Source: Narcine bancroftii (Eukaryota). From it: a stretch of DNA of 64,000 bases. A program made the translations under genes and the position numbers. The DNA lies in the NCBI RefSeq assembly GCF_036971445.1, contig NC_091470.1, positions 190,402,001 to 190,466,000 of the forward strand. Reading direction: 5' to 3'. Numbering within the stretch: the first letter of the stretch is position 1; every line of letters begins with the position of its first letter. Under the pieces are notes generated by a model. It worked only from the letters and a program-made list of their open reading frames with translations. It had not been told where the DNA came from and made no database searches. Shown in pieces: positions 11,172-22,409 of this stretch.

Positions 11172-11720
11172 GTTCCTTTGATGAACATAGAATTTTTTTG
11201 AAAAGTAGACAACTGGATGGTCAATTTCATTATGTTTTTGCAATAAAACTGCACCTGCTGCTCTCTCACTGGCATCCACTGCTACAGAAAATGGTTTATC
11301 AAAATCAGGAGATTTTAGCACAGGAGAATGGCACAGGATATCCTTTAAATTTTCTAAAGGTGTCTGACACTCTTTCGTCCACACAAATTTCTCCGCTATC
11401 TTCAAAAGGTTGGTTAAAGGAAGAGCAACCTCAGTGAAATATCTGCAAAAATTCCTCCCATTCCTAAAATCCTTCTCACTGCTTTCTTGCCATTGGGAAT
11501 AGCAATGAATAGGTACAACTTTGCCATGACTAACTACATGACCCAAGTATGTTACAGTCGCATTTGCAAATTCACTTTTCACTAAATTTGCTTTGGATAA
11601 TAATGCAAACAATTTGTCCAATTGCCTTAAATGTTCTTCCCATGTGTCACCTTTTGTGACCAAGTAATAAATATAAGCATTAAGTGCTGAACATCTGCCC
11701 TGTCCCTCTGCAACCATAAC
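11172..11720 (-). mobile_element. Gypsy/Ty3 LTR-retrotransposon pol fragment (RT thumb/RNase H), interrupted by ERV-B
   Basis: Motifs TWEEHL, YLGHVVS, PLTNLL...FVWT.ECQ, PVLKSPDFDKPFSVAVDAS..AGAVLLQ...HPVVYFSKK. The frame runs straight into the ERV-B LTR end. Confidence 0.88.
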
Positions 11721-11929
11721 TTGGATTGCCTAACATCATGTTACTCTATGATTCATAAAGGAACTGGTTTCAGTTCCCTTTCCTTTCTGATTTCAGAGAA
11801 CAAATGAGCAACACTTCCCATCTCATGGTCTTTTCCACATGGTAAAACACAAAAGCTTGCAAACTCTGGTTGAAGCAAAAACTCAGCTGGTCAAACAGTG
11901 TATTTTAGAGAGCAAAGATAAAGATGCAG

Positions 11930-12620
11930 AAGCCTTGAGCCATTCACCAAGGTGTGGACAAAATGTACGTAGGGGTCCAGAAACAATGGTGGGGGTGGAA
12001 GGGACAAGGGGGGAGCATGGTCCCACTGGCTGGAGGTAATAGGTGGGTGAGGGAGGGAGGCCACACTAGCAAACAGGGGGAGGGGGGATAGCTCTGTGAA
12101 TGGAGAGAGAATAGGGTCGAGAGCTGGAGGAAAGAAGAAAGTGGGATGGAGAAGAGAGAGGAACAGGGAGTGGGCTAGAAGAAACTGGAGAGATTTACGT
12201 TGATGCCATTGGACTGAAGGGTCTTGCTCCTCCAGTTTACTGGTGTTCTTGATTTGACTTGACACAAGGCCATGGACAGACATGTCAGCATGGGACTGGG
12301 GCACAGAATTAAAATGGTGGGCCGCTGGGAGATCCCTGTCACTGATGCGGCTGAGTGAAGATGCTCAGTGAAACGACCTCCCAATCTGTGACCAGTCTCT
12401 CCGATGTAGAGAAGACCCCTGCTTCCCTTATCCACCTATTACCTCCTGCCTGTGGGACTCTCCCCTCCCACTACCATTTTAACCACACCTTGATGAAGGG
12501 CTCAAGCCAGCAACATTAGTTCTGTACCTTTATCTTTGCTATATTAAGGGTACTGTTTGACCTGCTGAATGTCTCCAGCGTTATGCTTTTACTTCAACCA
12601 CGGTGTCTTCAGACTCTCAT
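11930..12620 (-). mobile_element. Penelope-like element remnant (GIY-YIG end plus pseudo-LTR pieces in both orientations)
   Basis: GLLYIGETGHRLGGRFTEHL and QSNGINVNLS motifs. The TTGATGAAGGGCTCAAGCC...GACCTGCTGA tail is on the plus strand. Confidence 0.8.
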
Positions 12621-12974
12621 GCATTACTGCTGAGGACATTGAAGGGGAAAACCTGTAACGGGAATGCTTGGCAGTACCCAGGGGTGAAGGAGAAGCAAAT
12701 CAAGTTTAATCTGGCAGAATAGACAGTTCAGTGAACTCCCTAACTCAACAAACTTTGAGGTGTGGGAATGGGATTTGGACTGTTTTCAAGTTGGGAAACT
12801 AAAAATAAGCATATCCTGGTCCTAGAGGCCTCAGAAAAGTTAACACCCCCACCCAATGAAGCACTAGAAAAAAGCATGACTGTGGCTACACTTAGTGAGG
12901 AGTTTGGGGAGATTCGGTACGTCACCAAAGACTCCAGAAAATTTCTTACAGGTGTACCGTGGAGAGCGTTCTGA

Positions 12975-13250
12975 CTGATTGCAGCATCACTGTCTGGGAT
13001 GGAGGTGTCAATGCACAGGTCAGAAAAAAACTCTGGGGGATCTAGGACATTATGACACCAGAATTAAATCTACAAGAGGCGGTGGCTTAAGAAAGCAGTC
13101 TCTCTCCTCATGGACCCCCACCATGCAGGCCATGGCCTCTTCACTCTGCTACCATCAGGAAAAGGGTACCGGAGCCTGAAGATGAGCACTCAGCGGCACA
13201 AGGACAGCTTCTTCCCCTCTGCTATCAGATTCCTGAATGGACAATGAACC
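12975..13250 (+). mobile_element. Rex1/Babar LINE 3' fragment
   Basis: DPHHAGHGLFTLLPSGKGYRSLK...KDSFFPSAIRFLN-type C-terminal motif. Confidence 0.75.
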
Positions 13251-13399
13251 AGAGACACTGACTCACTTAATCCTATTTTTATTGCATGCTTTATTTATTT
13301 AAAATGGTCTTAATGTCTGAAAGGTTATTGAAATCTGCCTTGATTATACTCCAGCATCTGAGAATCCACACTCTTCTTGGATGATAATGCTTAAATAGA

Positions 13400-14105
13400 A
13401 TATTACAGCACAGCCAATAATGTTGTGCCAACCCATATATACCCACCAAAAGAAACTGAACCCTCCCTCCCTACCACATAACCATCTATTTTTCTTTCAT
13501 CCATCTGCCTAATACCCCTATTTTTGCAACCTCCACCACTGGCAAGGCTTTCCAGGTACCCTCAACTCTGTGTAAAAAATTTACCCCAAATGTCACCCCT
13601 GAATTTTCCCCCCTTTGCTTTGTACAGATGTTCTCTGGGGTTTGCTACTCCCTCCCTGGGAAAAAGGTGCTGATTGTCCACCTTATTCAGGTCTCTCAGA
13701 TTCTTGTAGACCTCTATTAAGTCACCTCTTAAGTCCATATCTTCCCCATATTTCCTGTAATAAGGTGACCAGAACTGAACACAATATTCTAAGTGTGAAA
13801 TTTATAGTGCTGCCACAGTACCTCACAACTCCTGAAGTCAATCCCCTGACTAATGAAGCCCAGTAAACCATAGGCTTTCTTAACTGTCCTATCAACCTGG
13901 ATGGTGACCTTGAGAGATCTATAGATTTGGTCCATAAGGTCCCTCTGTTCTTCCCCGCTGTTAAGTATCCTACTAATAACCATGTACTCTGCCTTCTAGT
14001 TTGACCTCATAAAAAGCATCACTTTACACATCCTCATTGAACTCCATCTGCCACTTCTCTGCCCAATACAGTATCCTGTCAAGATCCTGCTATAATCTAC
14101 GACAG
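13400..14105 (-). mobile_element. CR1 (HER1-like) LINE 3' fragment
   Basis: IYRSLKVTIQVDRTVKKAYGLLGFISQGIDFRSCEV, a CR1 ORF2 motif. Confidence 0.85.
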
Positions 14106-14114
14106 CCTTGCACT

Positions 14115-14680
14115 TAATATCACCCAAACTCAGGAGCTGATTGTTGACTGCAGGAAAGGAAAGCCAGAGGTTTACAATCCAGTGATCATTGGGGGATCAG
14201 AGGTGGAAAAGGTGAGCAAATTTAAGTTCTTGGGTGTCATTATCTCAGAGGATCTTTCCTGGACCCAACACACCAATGACATCATGAAGAAACCATGCCA
14301 GTTCCTCTGCAGTTTGTGGAGGTTCGGTATGACATCAGAAACTCTGGCACACTTCTACAGATTCGTGGTGGAAAGTGTGCTGTCTGGCTGTATCACAGTC
14401 TGGTAATGGAACACCAACACCCCTGAGCTCAAGCCCACCTGGACACAGCCCAGGACATTACAGGCAAAACCCTCCCCACTATTGCGTACATCTACAGGGA
14501 ACGCTGGCGTCGGAGAGCAGCAGCAACCATCAAAGACCCACACCACCTGCTCTGTTCTCGGCTGCTGCATCAGGAAAGAGGTTGTCGGGGCCACAAGACT
14601 CGCACCCAGCAGGTTCAGGAACAGCTGCTCCCTCTCCACCATCAGACTCCTCAACGACAAACTCAAACAGGGACTCTCTT
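14115..14680 (+). mobile_element. Rex1/Babar LINE 3' fragment
   Basis: VSKFKFLGVIISEDLSW...FYRFVVESVLSGCITVW and SRFRNSCSLSTIRLLN. Confidence 0.85.
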
Positions 14681-15422
14681 ACTTGTGCAGTTTATTGATT
14701 TCTTTGCTCTCTCCGTATTGCACCATTCGTTTACATTCGTTATCTGTTTTGTCCTGCTACCCTCTATATGCATATGTGCTGCACCTGTGACCCCTCCCTC
14801 CCAGATATCCCCAAAAAGACTGTTACGCCCAAACTCCTCCCTCATTACCTGCCTTGGATCCGGGCCAGCAGCAGGCAAGCTGTGCTGACACTAAGGTGAT
14901 TAAAGCCTATTCATCACGACTCTCTGTCTGATTGTGGTTGATTGGTAGAACATTTTTAGAGTTCTTTTATTTGTTGACATGTTTTACGTTAAGCACAGTT
15001 TATTTTTTGCGCTGCAAATAAGTGATAATTCTGCTGCGCCTGCAGGAAGAAGGAATCTCAGGCTTGTATGTGATGCCATGTATTATAAGTCTGAAATCTG
15101 CAACAGTATTCAAAACACTCCAACCTTTCGCAAACATACTGACCCATCCCTCGACTTCTGATGTCAATGCTTCGGCTTGACACTTTTTTTTCGAGACTAA
15201 CCCGAAGCTGTAACCCTCCATAGGTGCTGCCCAACCTGCCCCCCACCCCCCCTCAGTTCATAGATCCCAGAACATGCAAGTTTAAAAAATAGAGCAGCGT
15301 CGCCACAGCTGCAGTAACGGCTGCTCTGCCGCTGGTGTTGGTCCTGGGAGAGCAGAGACACGGAGCTCCCCCCCGCAGGGAATCGATAACCCAGTCCGAC
15401 CACTGGCGGCTCCATCCAGGGG

Positions 15423-15850
15423 ATGGGTCACGTCTCCAGAATGGAGGACCATCGCCTTCCCAAGATCGTGTTATATGGCAAGCTCTCCACTGGCCACCGT
15501 GACAGAGGTGCACCAAAGAAAAGGTACAAGGACTGCCTAAAGAAATCTCTTGGTGCCTGCCACATTGACCACCGCCAGTGGGCTGATATCGCCTCAAACC
15601 GTGCATCTTGGCGCCTCACAGTTGGGCGGGCAGCAACCTCCTTTGAAGAAGACCGCAGAGCCCACCTCACTGACAAAAGGCAAAGGAGGAAAAACCCAAC
15701 ACCCAACCCCAACCAACCAATTTTCCCCTGCAGCCGCTGCAACCGTGTCTGCCTGTCCCGCATCGGACTTGTCAGCCACAAACGAGCCTGCAGCTGACAT
15801 GGACTTTTACCCCCTCCATAAATCTTCGTCCGCGAAGCCAAGCCAAAGAA
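15423..15850 (+). mobile_element. RTE (BovB-like) LINE 3' end
   Basis: GHVSRMEDHRLPKIVLYG...CNRVCLSRIGLVSHKRAC; near-identical to 33927-34350. Confidence 0.9.
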
Positions 15851-16400
15851 AGGGACCTAGAGTATTTCATTTTAAAACCTTATGTCGTGGTGTCTGTGCT
15901 GGCAGCGGCCTTGAGGGTTTGCATGGTCCGGGGAAGCGGACTGGCATTGGGCACCAGAAATCCTGGAGATGACCTCTTCTTTGAGAAGGAGAAGCAGAGG
16001 AGGCGACCCTACGAGTCGGTGACCACGGCGGCGGACCAGCGAGGGGCTCTGTGCCTCGAGAACTCACAGGCTGTCGGCCACTCGAGGTGAAGAACTCGCA
16101 AAGGCTGAGGGCTGCTGGCATCTTGCACTCAAAGGACACGCGCCAGGCTGAGGGCTGCTGAAAAGCTACTAGGAATTGGAAGTGGGGTGAGAGAGGGTTC
16201 CGAGGGCGTTAGAAGCTCCTGGTATATTTTGAATGGTGGGATGAAACTGGAGACCCCAGGTAAAAACCACGCAGACACAGGGAGCAGGTACAATCTCCTT
16301 ATAGACAGCGCGGGATTTGAAACCTGGTCCCGATCGCTGGGGCTGAAACACTCACCATAATTTATAGTGAAAAGAATATCAGTTCCAACTAGTATTATAT

Positions 16401-16693
16401 TACAGGTAGTCCTCAAATCACGTTTTGGTCTGACTGACTGGTCGTATCTCGAAATGAACGCAAGTCGGAAATGGAAGAGCCTGAAGTTCCCGCTCCTGCC
16501 TGGGAGGCTAAGGTCTCCCCTCCCCACCAACGCCAAGACATAGCCGTGGTTCCTGCACCGAGCACACTCGACGGGCGACGAGGACGGCACCACACCCGAT
16601 GTTGAGAACGGATCCATAAAAGTGTAATTTTTTTTCGGTCATATGTGTGGATGGCCGTAAGTAGCAGAGGTTGTAAGTCATGGAACCACCTGC
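16401..16693. mobile_element. Tigger/pogo-like MITE
   Basis: Left end TACAGGTAGTCCTC and right end GGAACCACCTGCA form imperfect TIRs in a TA context. Confidence 0.5.
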
Positions 16694-17499
16694 ACAGAAA
16701 CTTGCTTTAATCTGCTGTAAGGCAGATTTGTCATCGGCAGAAATTGCCTGGTGTCTCTTACCGTCAGAGAAAGAGATCCCCGCCAGAATTACCGAGTGTT
16801 CGTGGATTCACTGCCAGTGCTCCTGCAGCCTCCGCAGCCACACAGAGTTCGGTCCAAACCATCAGCAACTCGAGTTCCAGATCCAAACCTCTGATACGAT
16901 TAAGAACCCTGCAGCGTCCTCGGCACCCCCTCCCATCCTAGTACCCCTTCAGACAGACTCCAGTCGTCCGCAACTGGCACGAGTCCCTTGACTGCAGTCG
17001 CCAGCAGCATGAAGCCTGCCATGATCACCGTCCAGTAGGTCCTTTCTTCTGCTTCTCCTTCTCAGATGGGGGAGGGGAGGGGGTGTTATCCCAGTTTTCT
17101 GGTCCCGTACACCAGTCCTCTGCTTCCCCAGCCTGAAACCCCTTGTGGCTGCTGCCAATCAAAGGCGCTGCCATCTTGGGCGCAGACACCACTGTCGTGA
17201 GATTTTAAAGAAACCCACTGACCTTCAATACTTGTACGGATCAGACAGGACAAGGCGGGGGGTGTGTTGGACCCCGAGGGAGCGCTGTGATTCTGCTCCC
17301 CGCAGGAGTGCAACAGTGCTGCCATTTTCACAGGTTGGTTTATCAACAAAAAACCTGCATGAAAATGACCAGATGGGATGAACAATTGATGTTGATGCAC
17401 CAGGAAGGTGAGCGAAAATCACACAACTTTGTGGGCTGAAGGGCCTGCACTGTAAGTTTTCTATAAATACAGTTTTTAACTTCATCAAAACCAGAGAAC

Positions 17500-18635
17500 A
17501 GTTGCAACACAGAAACAGACCACTTCGACCCCTTTCATCTGTGCTGAACCAATTTTTCTTGCCTTGTCCCACTGACCTGAACTTAGTCCATAGCCCTCCA
17601 TTACCTCTCTCATCCAGGTACCTCTCTCATCCAGGCACCTCTCTCATCAGGCACCTCTCTCATCCAGGCACCTCTCTCATCCAGGCACCTCTCTCATCCA
17701 GGCACCTCTCTCATCCAGGCACCTCTCTCATCCAGGCACCTCTCTCATCCAGGCACCTCTCTCATCCAGGCACCTCTCTCATCAGGCACCTCTCTCATCC
17801 AGGCACCTCTCTCATCCAGGCACCTCTCTCATCAGGCACCTCTCTCATCCAGGCACCTCTCTCATCCAGGCACCTCTCTCATCCAGGCACCTCTCTCATC
17901 CAGGCACCTCTCTCATCCAGGCACCTCTCTCATCCAGGCACCTCTCTCATCCAGGCACCTCTCTCATCCAGGTACCTCTCTCATCCAGGTACCTCTCTCA
18001 TCCAGGTACCTCTCTCATCCAGGTACTTCTCTCATCCAGGTACCTCTCTCACCCAGGTACCTCTCTCATCCAGGTACCTCTCTCATCCAGGTACCTCTCT
18101 CATCCAGGTACCTCTCCAGATTTCCCTTAAATGTTAAAATCAAGCCCACATCTACTACTTCAGCTGGAAGCTCATTCCACACTCCCACCAATCTCTGAAT
18201 GAAGAAGTTCCCCCTTATGTTCTCCCTTAACCCATATCCTCTTGTTTATATCTCACCTAGTGGAAAAACCTATCTGCATTTCCTGTCTATCCCCCTCATA
18301 AATTTAAATACCTCTATCAAATCACTCCTTATTCTTCTACGCTCCAGTGAATAAAATTCTAATGTGTTTAACCTTTCCCTGTAACTCGGTCCCTGAGGTC
18401 CAGGCAACATCCTAGTAAATCTTCTCTGCATTCTTTCTATCTAACTGATATATTTCCTATAGGGTGACGAACACTGCACACAATACTCCAAACTTGGCCT
18501 CACCAATGTCTTGTACAACTTTACCATAACATCCCAACTTTTGTACTCTATATTTTGATTTATGAAGGCCAATATGCCAAAAGCTTTCTTTACAACTCTA
18601 TCCACATGTAACACCACTTTCAGGAAATTATGTAT
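17500..18635 (-). mobile_element. CR1 LINE 3' fragment containing an internal minisatellite
   Basis: VDRVVKKAFGILAFINQNIEYKSWDVMVKLYKTLVRPSLEYCVQ plus a CR1-type 3' tail. Confidence 0.88.
17603..18116. repeat. 17-bp tandem array (ACCTCTCTCATCCAGGY), about 30 copies
   Basis: Directly visible periodicity, with a few 16-bp variants. Confidence 0.97.
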
Positions 18636-18964
18636 CTGTATCGTTATGGGTATATAATATATTAATATATCATTAAAAGAGATAGATTGTGGGGGTTTAG
18701 TGTAGGTCACTTCACAAACAGATACTTACAAAACATCTCATTTAAAATGCAAGAGCTTTGTTGAAAGCCAGACATCCAAGCTCCAAGTGTCTTTGCAAAG
18801 ACAATGAAATTACTTTGGAAGGAATTTTAAAAAGCAGGTGCAAATAGACAGTCCACATTCAGAGACTGATAAGATCGTTCAAAGATTCTGGTTTTTACAA
18901 GCAGAGAGAGGAAGAACAAAGAGGATTTCTCTTTTAGAGAGAGAGAGAGAAAATTCAGCTCTAA

Positions 18965-19164
18965 NNNNNNNNNNNNNNNNNNNNNNNNNNNNNNNNNNNN
19001 NNNNNNNNNNNNNNNNNNNNNNNNNNNNNNNNNNNNNNNNNNNNNNNNNNNNNNNNNNNNNNNNNNNNNNNNNNNNNNNNNNNNNNNNNNNNNNNNNNNN
19101 NNNNNNNNNNNNNNNNNNNNNNNNNNNNNNNNNNNNNNNNNNNNNNNNNNNNNNNNNNNNNNNN
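18965..19164. other. assembly gap (200 N)
   Basis: Run of exactly 200 N. Confidence 0.99.
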
Positions 19165-19795
19165 TATGTCCCCCCAACTCACCCCTCCCCATGTCCCCCC
19201 AACTCACCCTCCCCATGTCCCCCCCACTATAGCACTGTCCCAAACTCACCCCTCCCCATGTCCCCCCAACTCACCCCTCCCCATGTCCCCCCACTATAGC
19301 ACTGTCCCAAACTCACCCCTCCCCATGTCCAGCTTCCTCTGGGAAATGTGGTCCTTCACTATAGTACTGTTCCCAACTCACCCCTCCCCATGTCTCCCTT
19401 CCTCTGGGAAAGGTGGTCCCTCACTATAGTACTGTCCCCAACTCACCCCTCCCCATGTCCCCCATCCTCTGGGTAATGTGGTCCCCCCACTATAGCACTA
19501 TCCCGAACTCACCCCTCCCCATGTCCCGCTTCCTCTGGGAAAGGTGGTCCCTCATTATAGTACTGTTCCCAACTCACCCCTCCCCATGTCCCCTTTCCTC
19601 TGGGAAACGTGGTCCCTCACTATACTACTGTCCCCAACTCACCCCTCCCCAAGTCTCCCTTCCTCTGGGAAAGGTGGTCCCTCATTATACTACTGTCCCC
19701 AACTCAGCCCTTCCCATGTCCCTTCCTCCAGGAAATGTGCATTCCCCCCCCCCCCCCCCTACTGTCCACAGCTCAGCCCTTCCCATGTCCCCTTC
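19165..19795. repeat. ~60-bp C-rich minisatellite (CACTATAGYACTGTCCCCAACTCACCCCTCCCCATGTCCC...GGGAAA..TGGTCC)
   Basis: Repeated units are visible; diverged copies recur at 25760-25965 and 27610-28180. Confidence 0.9.
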
Positions 19796-19809
19796 CAACA
19801 TCCATCAAG

Positions 19810-20030
19810 ACATACAGCATGGTAACAGGCCATTTCGGTCCACGAGTCTGTACCATCCAGTTTACACCCAATTAACCTATACCCCGGATTATTTCCTGGT
19901 GAAAACCCACGCAGACACGGGCTGAACATACAAACTCCTTACAGACAGTGAGGGATTTGATTCCCCCGTCTCGACTGCTGGCGCAGTAAACGTGTTGTGC
20001 TAACCGTTATATACCAACTGTACCGCCTCT
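19810..20030 (-). mobile_element. V-domain (HE1-like) SINE
   Basis: Reverse complement contains GTCTGTAAGGAGTTTGTATGTT...GTGTCTGCGTGGGTTT core. Further copies at ~16205-16350(-), 33015-33230(-), 35515-35720(-), 36415-36640(-), 42945-43190(-). Confidence 0.75.
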
Positions 20031-20039
20031 AGAACGATA

Positions 20040-21580
20040 CTAGGGATTAAATCATGGTCTGATCAGGGACAGTCAGCATGGCTTTGTGAAACGCAGATCA
20101 TGTCTCACAAGCTGATAGAGTTCTTTGAGGAGGTGGTCAGATCCATTGATGTGTGTTGTGCAGTGGATGGGGGCTACCTGGATATTAGTAAGGCATTTGA
20201 CATGGTTCTTCATGGTCGGCTTATTCAAAAAGTTAGAAGGCATGGGATCCAGGCAACATTCTTTCTAATTTTTAGTCGTCAGTGTCCTCAAAAATCATAT
20301 GTTGTGCAAATTGTTTTCCTGTGACAATGTGTGTGCACTGAATCCTTGTGCAAATGTAAACTTGGAATTGTTTTAAGGTAATTTTGGCCCAGCCTCTCGC
20401 TCATGGCTGATCGACCTATTGGCATGTTTTAATATAAAACAAGTATGATTGTATTCTACAAAATAACATATTTAGTTAAGATTTAATTCTATCCTTTGAT
20501 CGGTTTGTTCTCCTAACCATTTGTGTGCCTGTTCTTTTCCTTTCTTCACTGGTTGCCCAACTGTGTGCGCGTGCACACGCACCGCTTGGAGGGAACAGCA
20601 AACCCAGGGAAGCTTGGCCATGTGGACTCAGAATTGGTTTGTCTGTAGATTGCAGAGGGTTGTGGAGGGAGTACATTCAGTTCCTCAAGCATCGGTTCTG
20701 GGACCTCTGCTTTTCGTGATTTTTAGGAATGGCTTGGATGAAGGGGTGGAAAGGTGGGTTGGCAAGTTTGCAGACGACACAAAAGTTGGTGGTGGTGTGG
20801 ATAGTGTAGAAGATTGCAGAGGGACATTGATGGAATGCTGAAAAGTGGTAGATGGAGCTCAATCTGGAGAAGTGTGAGGTGGTGCGCTTCAGAAGGAAAA
20901 CCTCCAAGGGAGAGTATAAGCTTAATGTCAGGATCCTTGGTAGTGAGGAAAGAGCGGAGATCCCTGATCCATAGAGCCCTGAAAGTTGCTTCAGGTAGAC
21001 AGGGTAGTTAAGAAAGCTTACAGGGTGTTAGCTTTCATAAGTCGAGGGATTGTGTTTAAGAGCCACGAGGTAAATATGCAGCTCAACCAAACTTTGGTTT
21101 GACCACACTTGGGGTACTTAATGCAGTTCTGGTCGCTTCCTTATAGGAAAGACATGGAAGTGTTGGAAAGGGTGTAGAGGAGAATTACCACAATGATACC
21201 TGATTTAGAGAGGATGCATTTTGAGCAGAGATTAAGCTCCCTTACTCTTTGGAGAGAAGGAGGATGAGAGGTGACTTGACAGAGGTATACAAGATATTAA
21301 GTGGAATAGATAGAGTGGACGGCCCAGGGCACCAATGCTCAATACAAGAGGGCATGGCTTTGAGTTAATGGGTTGGAAGTTCAAGGGAGAGATTGGAGGA
21401 AGGTTTTTTTTACTTATAAAGTGGATGGTGCATGGGTACCTGGGTCAGTGGAGAAGACGGGTACATTGGTGAAATTTTTCAAGAGACGACTAGACAAGCA
21501 CAAGTGGAGGGTTATGTGGGAGGCAGGGTCTAAAGGTCGGCACGATATTGAGGGCCAAAAGGCCTGTACTGTTCTATGAA
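20040..21580 (+). mobile_element. CR1 LINE ORF2 3' half, degenerate
   Basis: YLDISKAFDMVLHGRLIQKV, VPQASVLGPLLF, KFADDTK. Confidence 0.9.
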
Positions 21581-22409
21581 AGGGTATGAGGAATGATGCT
21601 CGGCTCTTGGGCTATACTCGTTGGAATACAGAAGGATGAGGGGGAACCTCAGCATTTTGAATGCTGAAAGACCTGGACAGAGTAGATGTGACAAACTTGT
21701 TTCTCATGGTTGGGGAGTTTAGGACAGGAGGACACAATTTCAAGATAAAACAGAAATGAGGGGAAATTTCTTAAGCCAGAGAGTGTGAAAGCTAGGTCGT
21801 TGTGTGACATAGTATATAGAAGTGTTTTTGGGAGATAAATTGGGAAAGGTTTGTTAGAGTAGGTCATTTGCAAACACTTTAAAACAGATCTTATTTGAAA
21901 TACTGGAGACATAGTGGTTTCTCACACCTTTTTGAAAGAGCTTTGAAGAGCACTCCAGAGAGGTCACTAATGGATTATTGTTTATCAAGGCACAGATGAA
22001 AGAGCAGGTTGGGGTCGCTATTGTCTGCAGGAGAGTTTTGATATTGTAAGAGGGTCATGTGGTTTTGCAAGCAGAGAGAGTCAAACAGGCTTTCTCTCAG
22101 TCTCAGAGAGAGAGAGAGAGTGCAAGAGCAGCTAGAAATGAAACAGGACAAGCTGGCAAGCTTTTGGAAGACAGTCTGGTTGAAGCCCTTGTGGTTCATG
22201 CAAGAGGAGAGGTCTGGCTGGCTAATGTTTCACTTGAAATAAGAAAAAGGAACTCTGTGGTGCCCTGAAAGATAGAGGTTATTATCTGGAGAACCCTGAC
22301 GGGGCAGGTTTCGTTAGCAAGACACTGAGGTGACTGATGGAAGTACATCAGTTGTGGGTGTCCTGGAACAGCACATCTCTCAAAAACCAACAAGAACCTT
22401 CCTGAGTGG

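Noticed and set aside
17502-18137. 211-aa repetitive ORF
   Set aside because: It is a translation of the 17-bp minisatellite.
18827-19299. ORFs containing X runs
   Set aside because: They span the 200-N gap.
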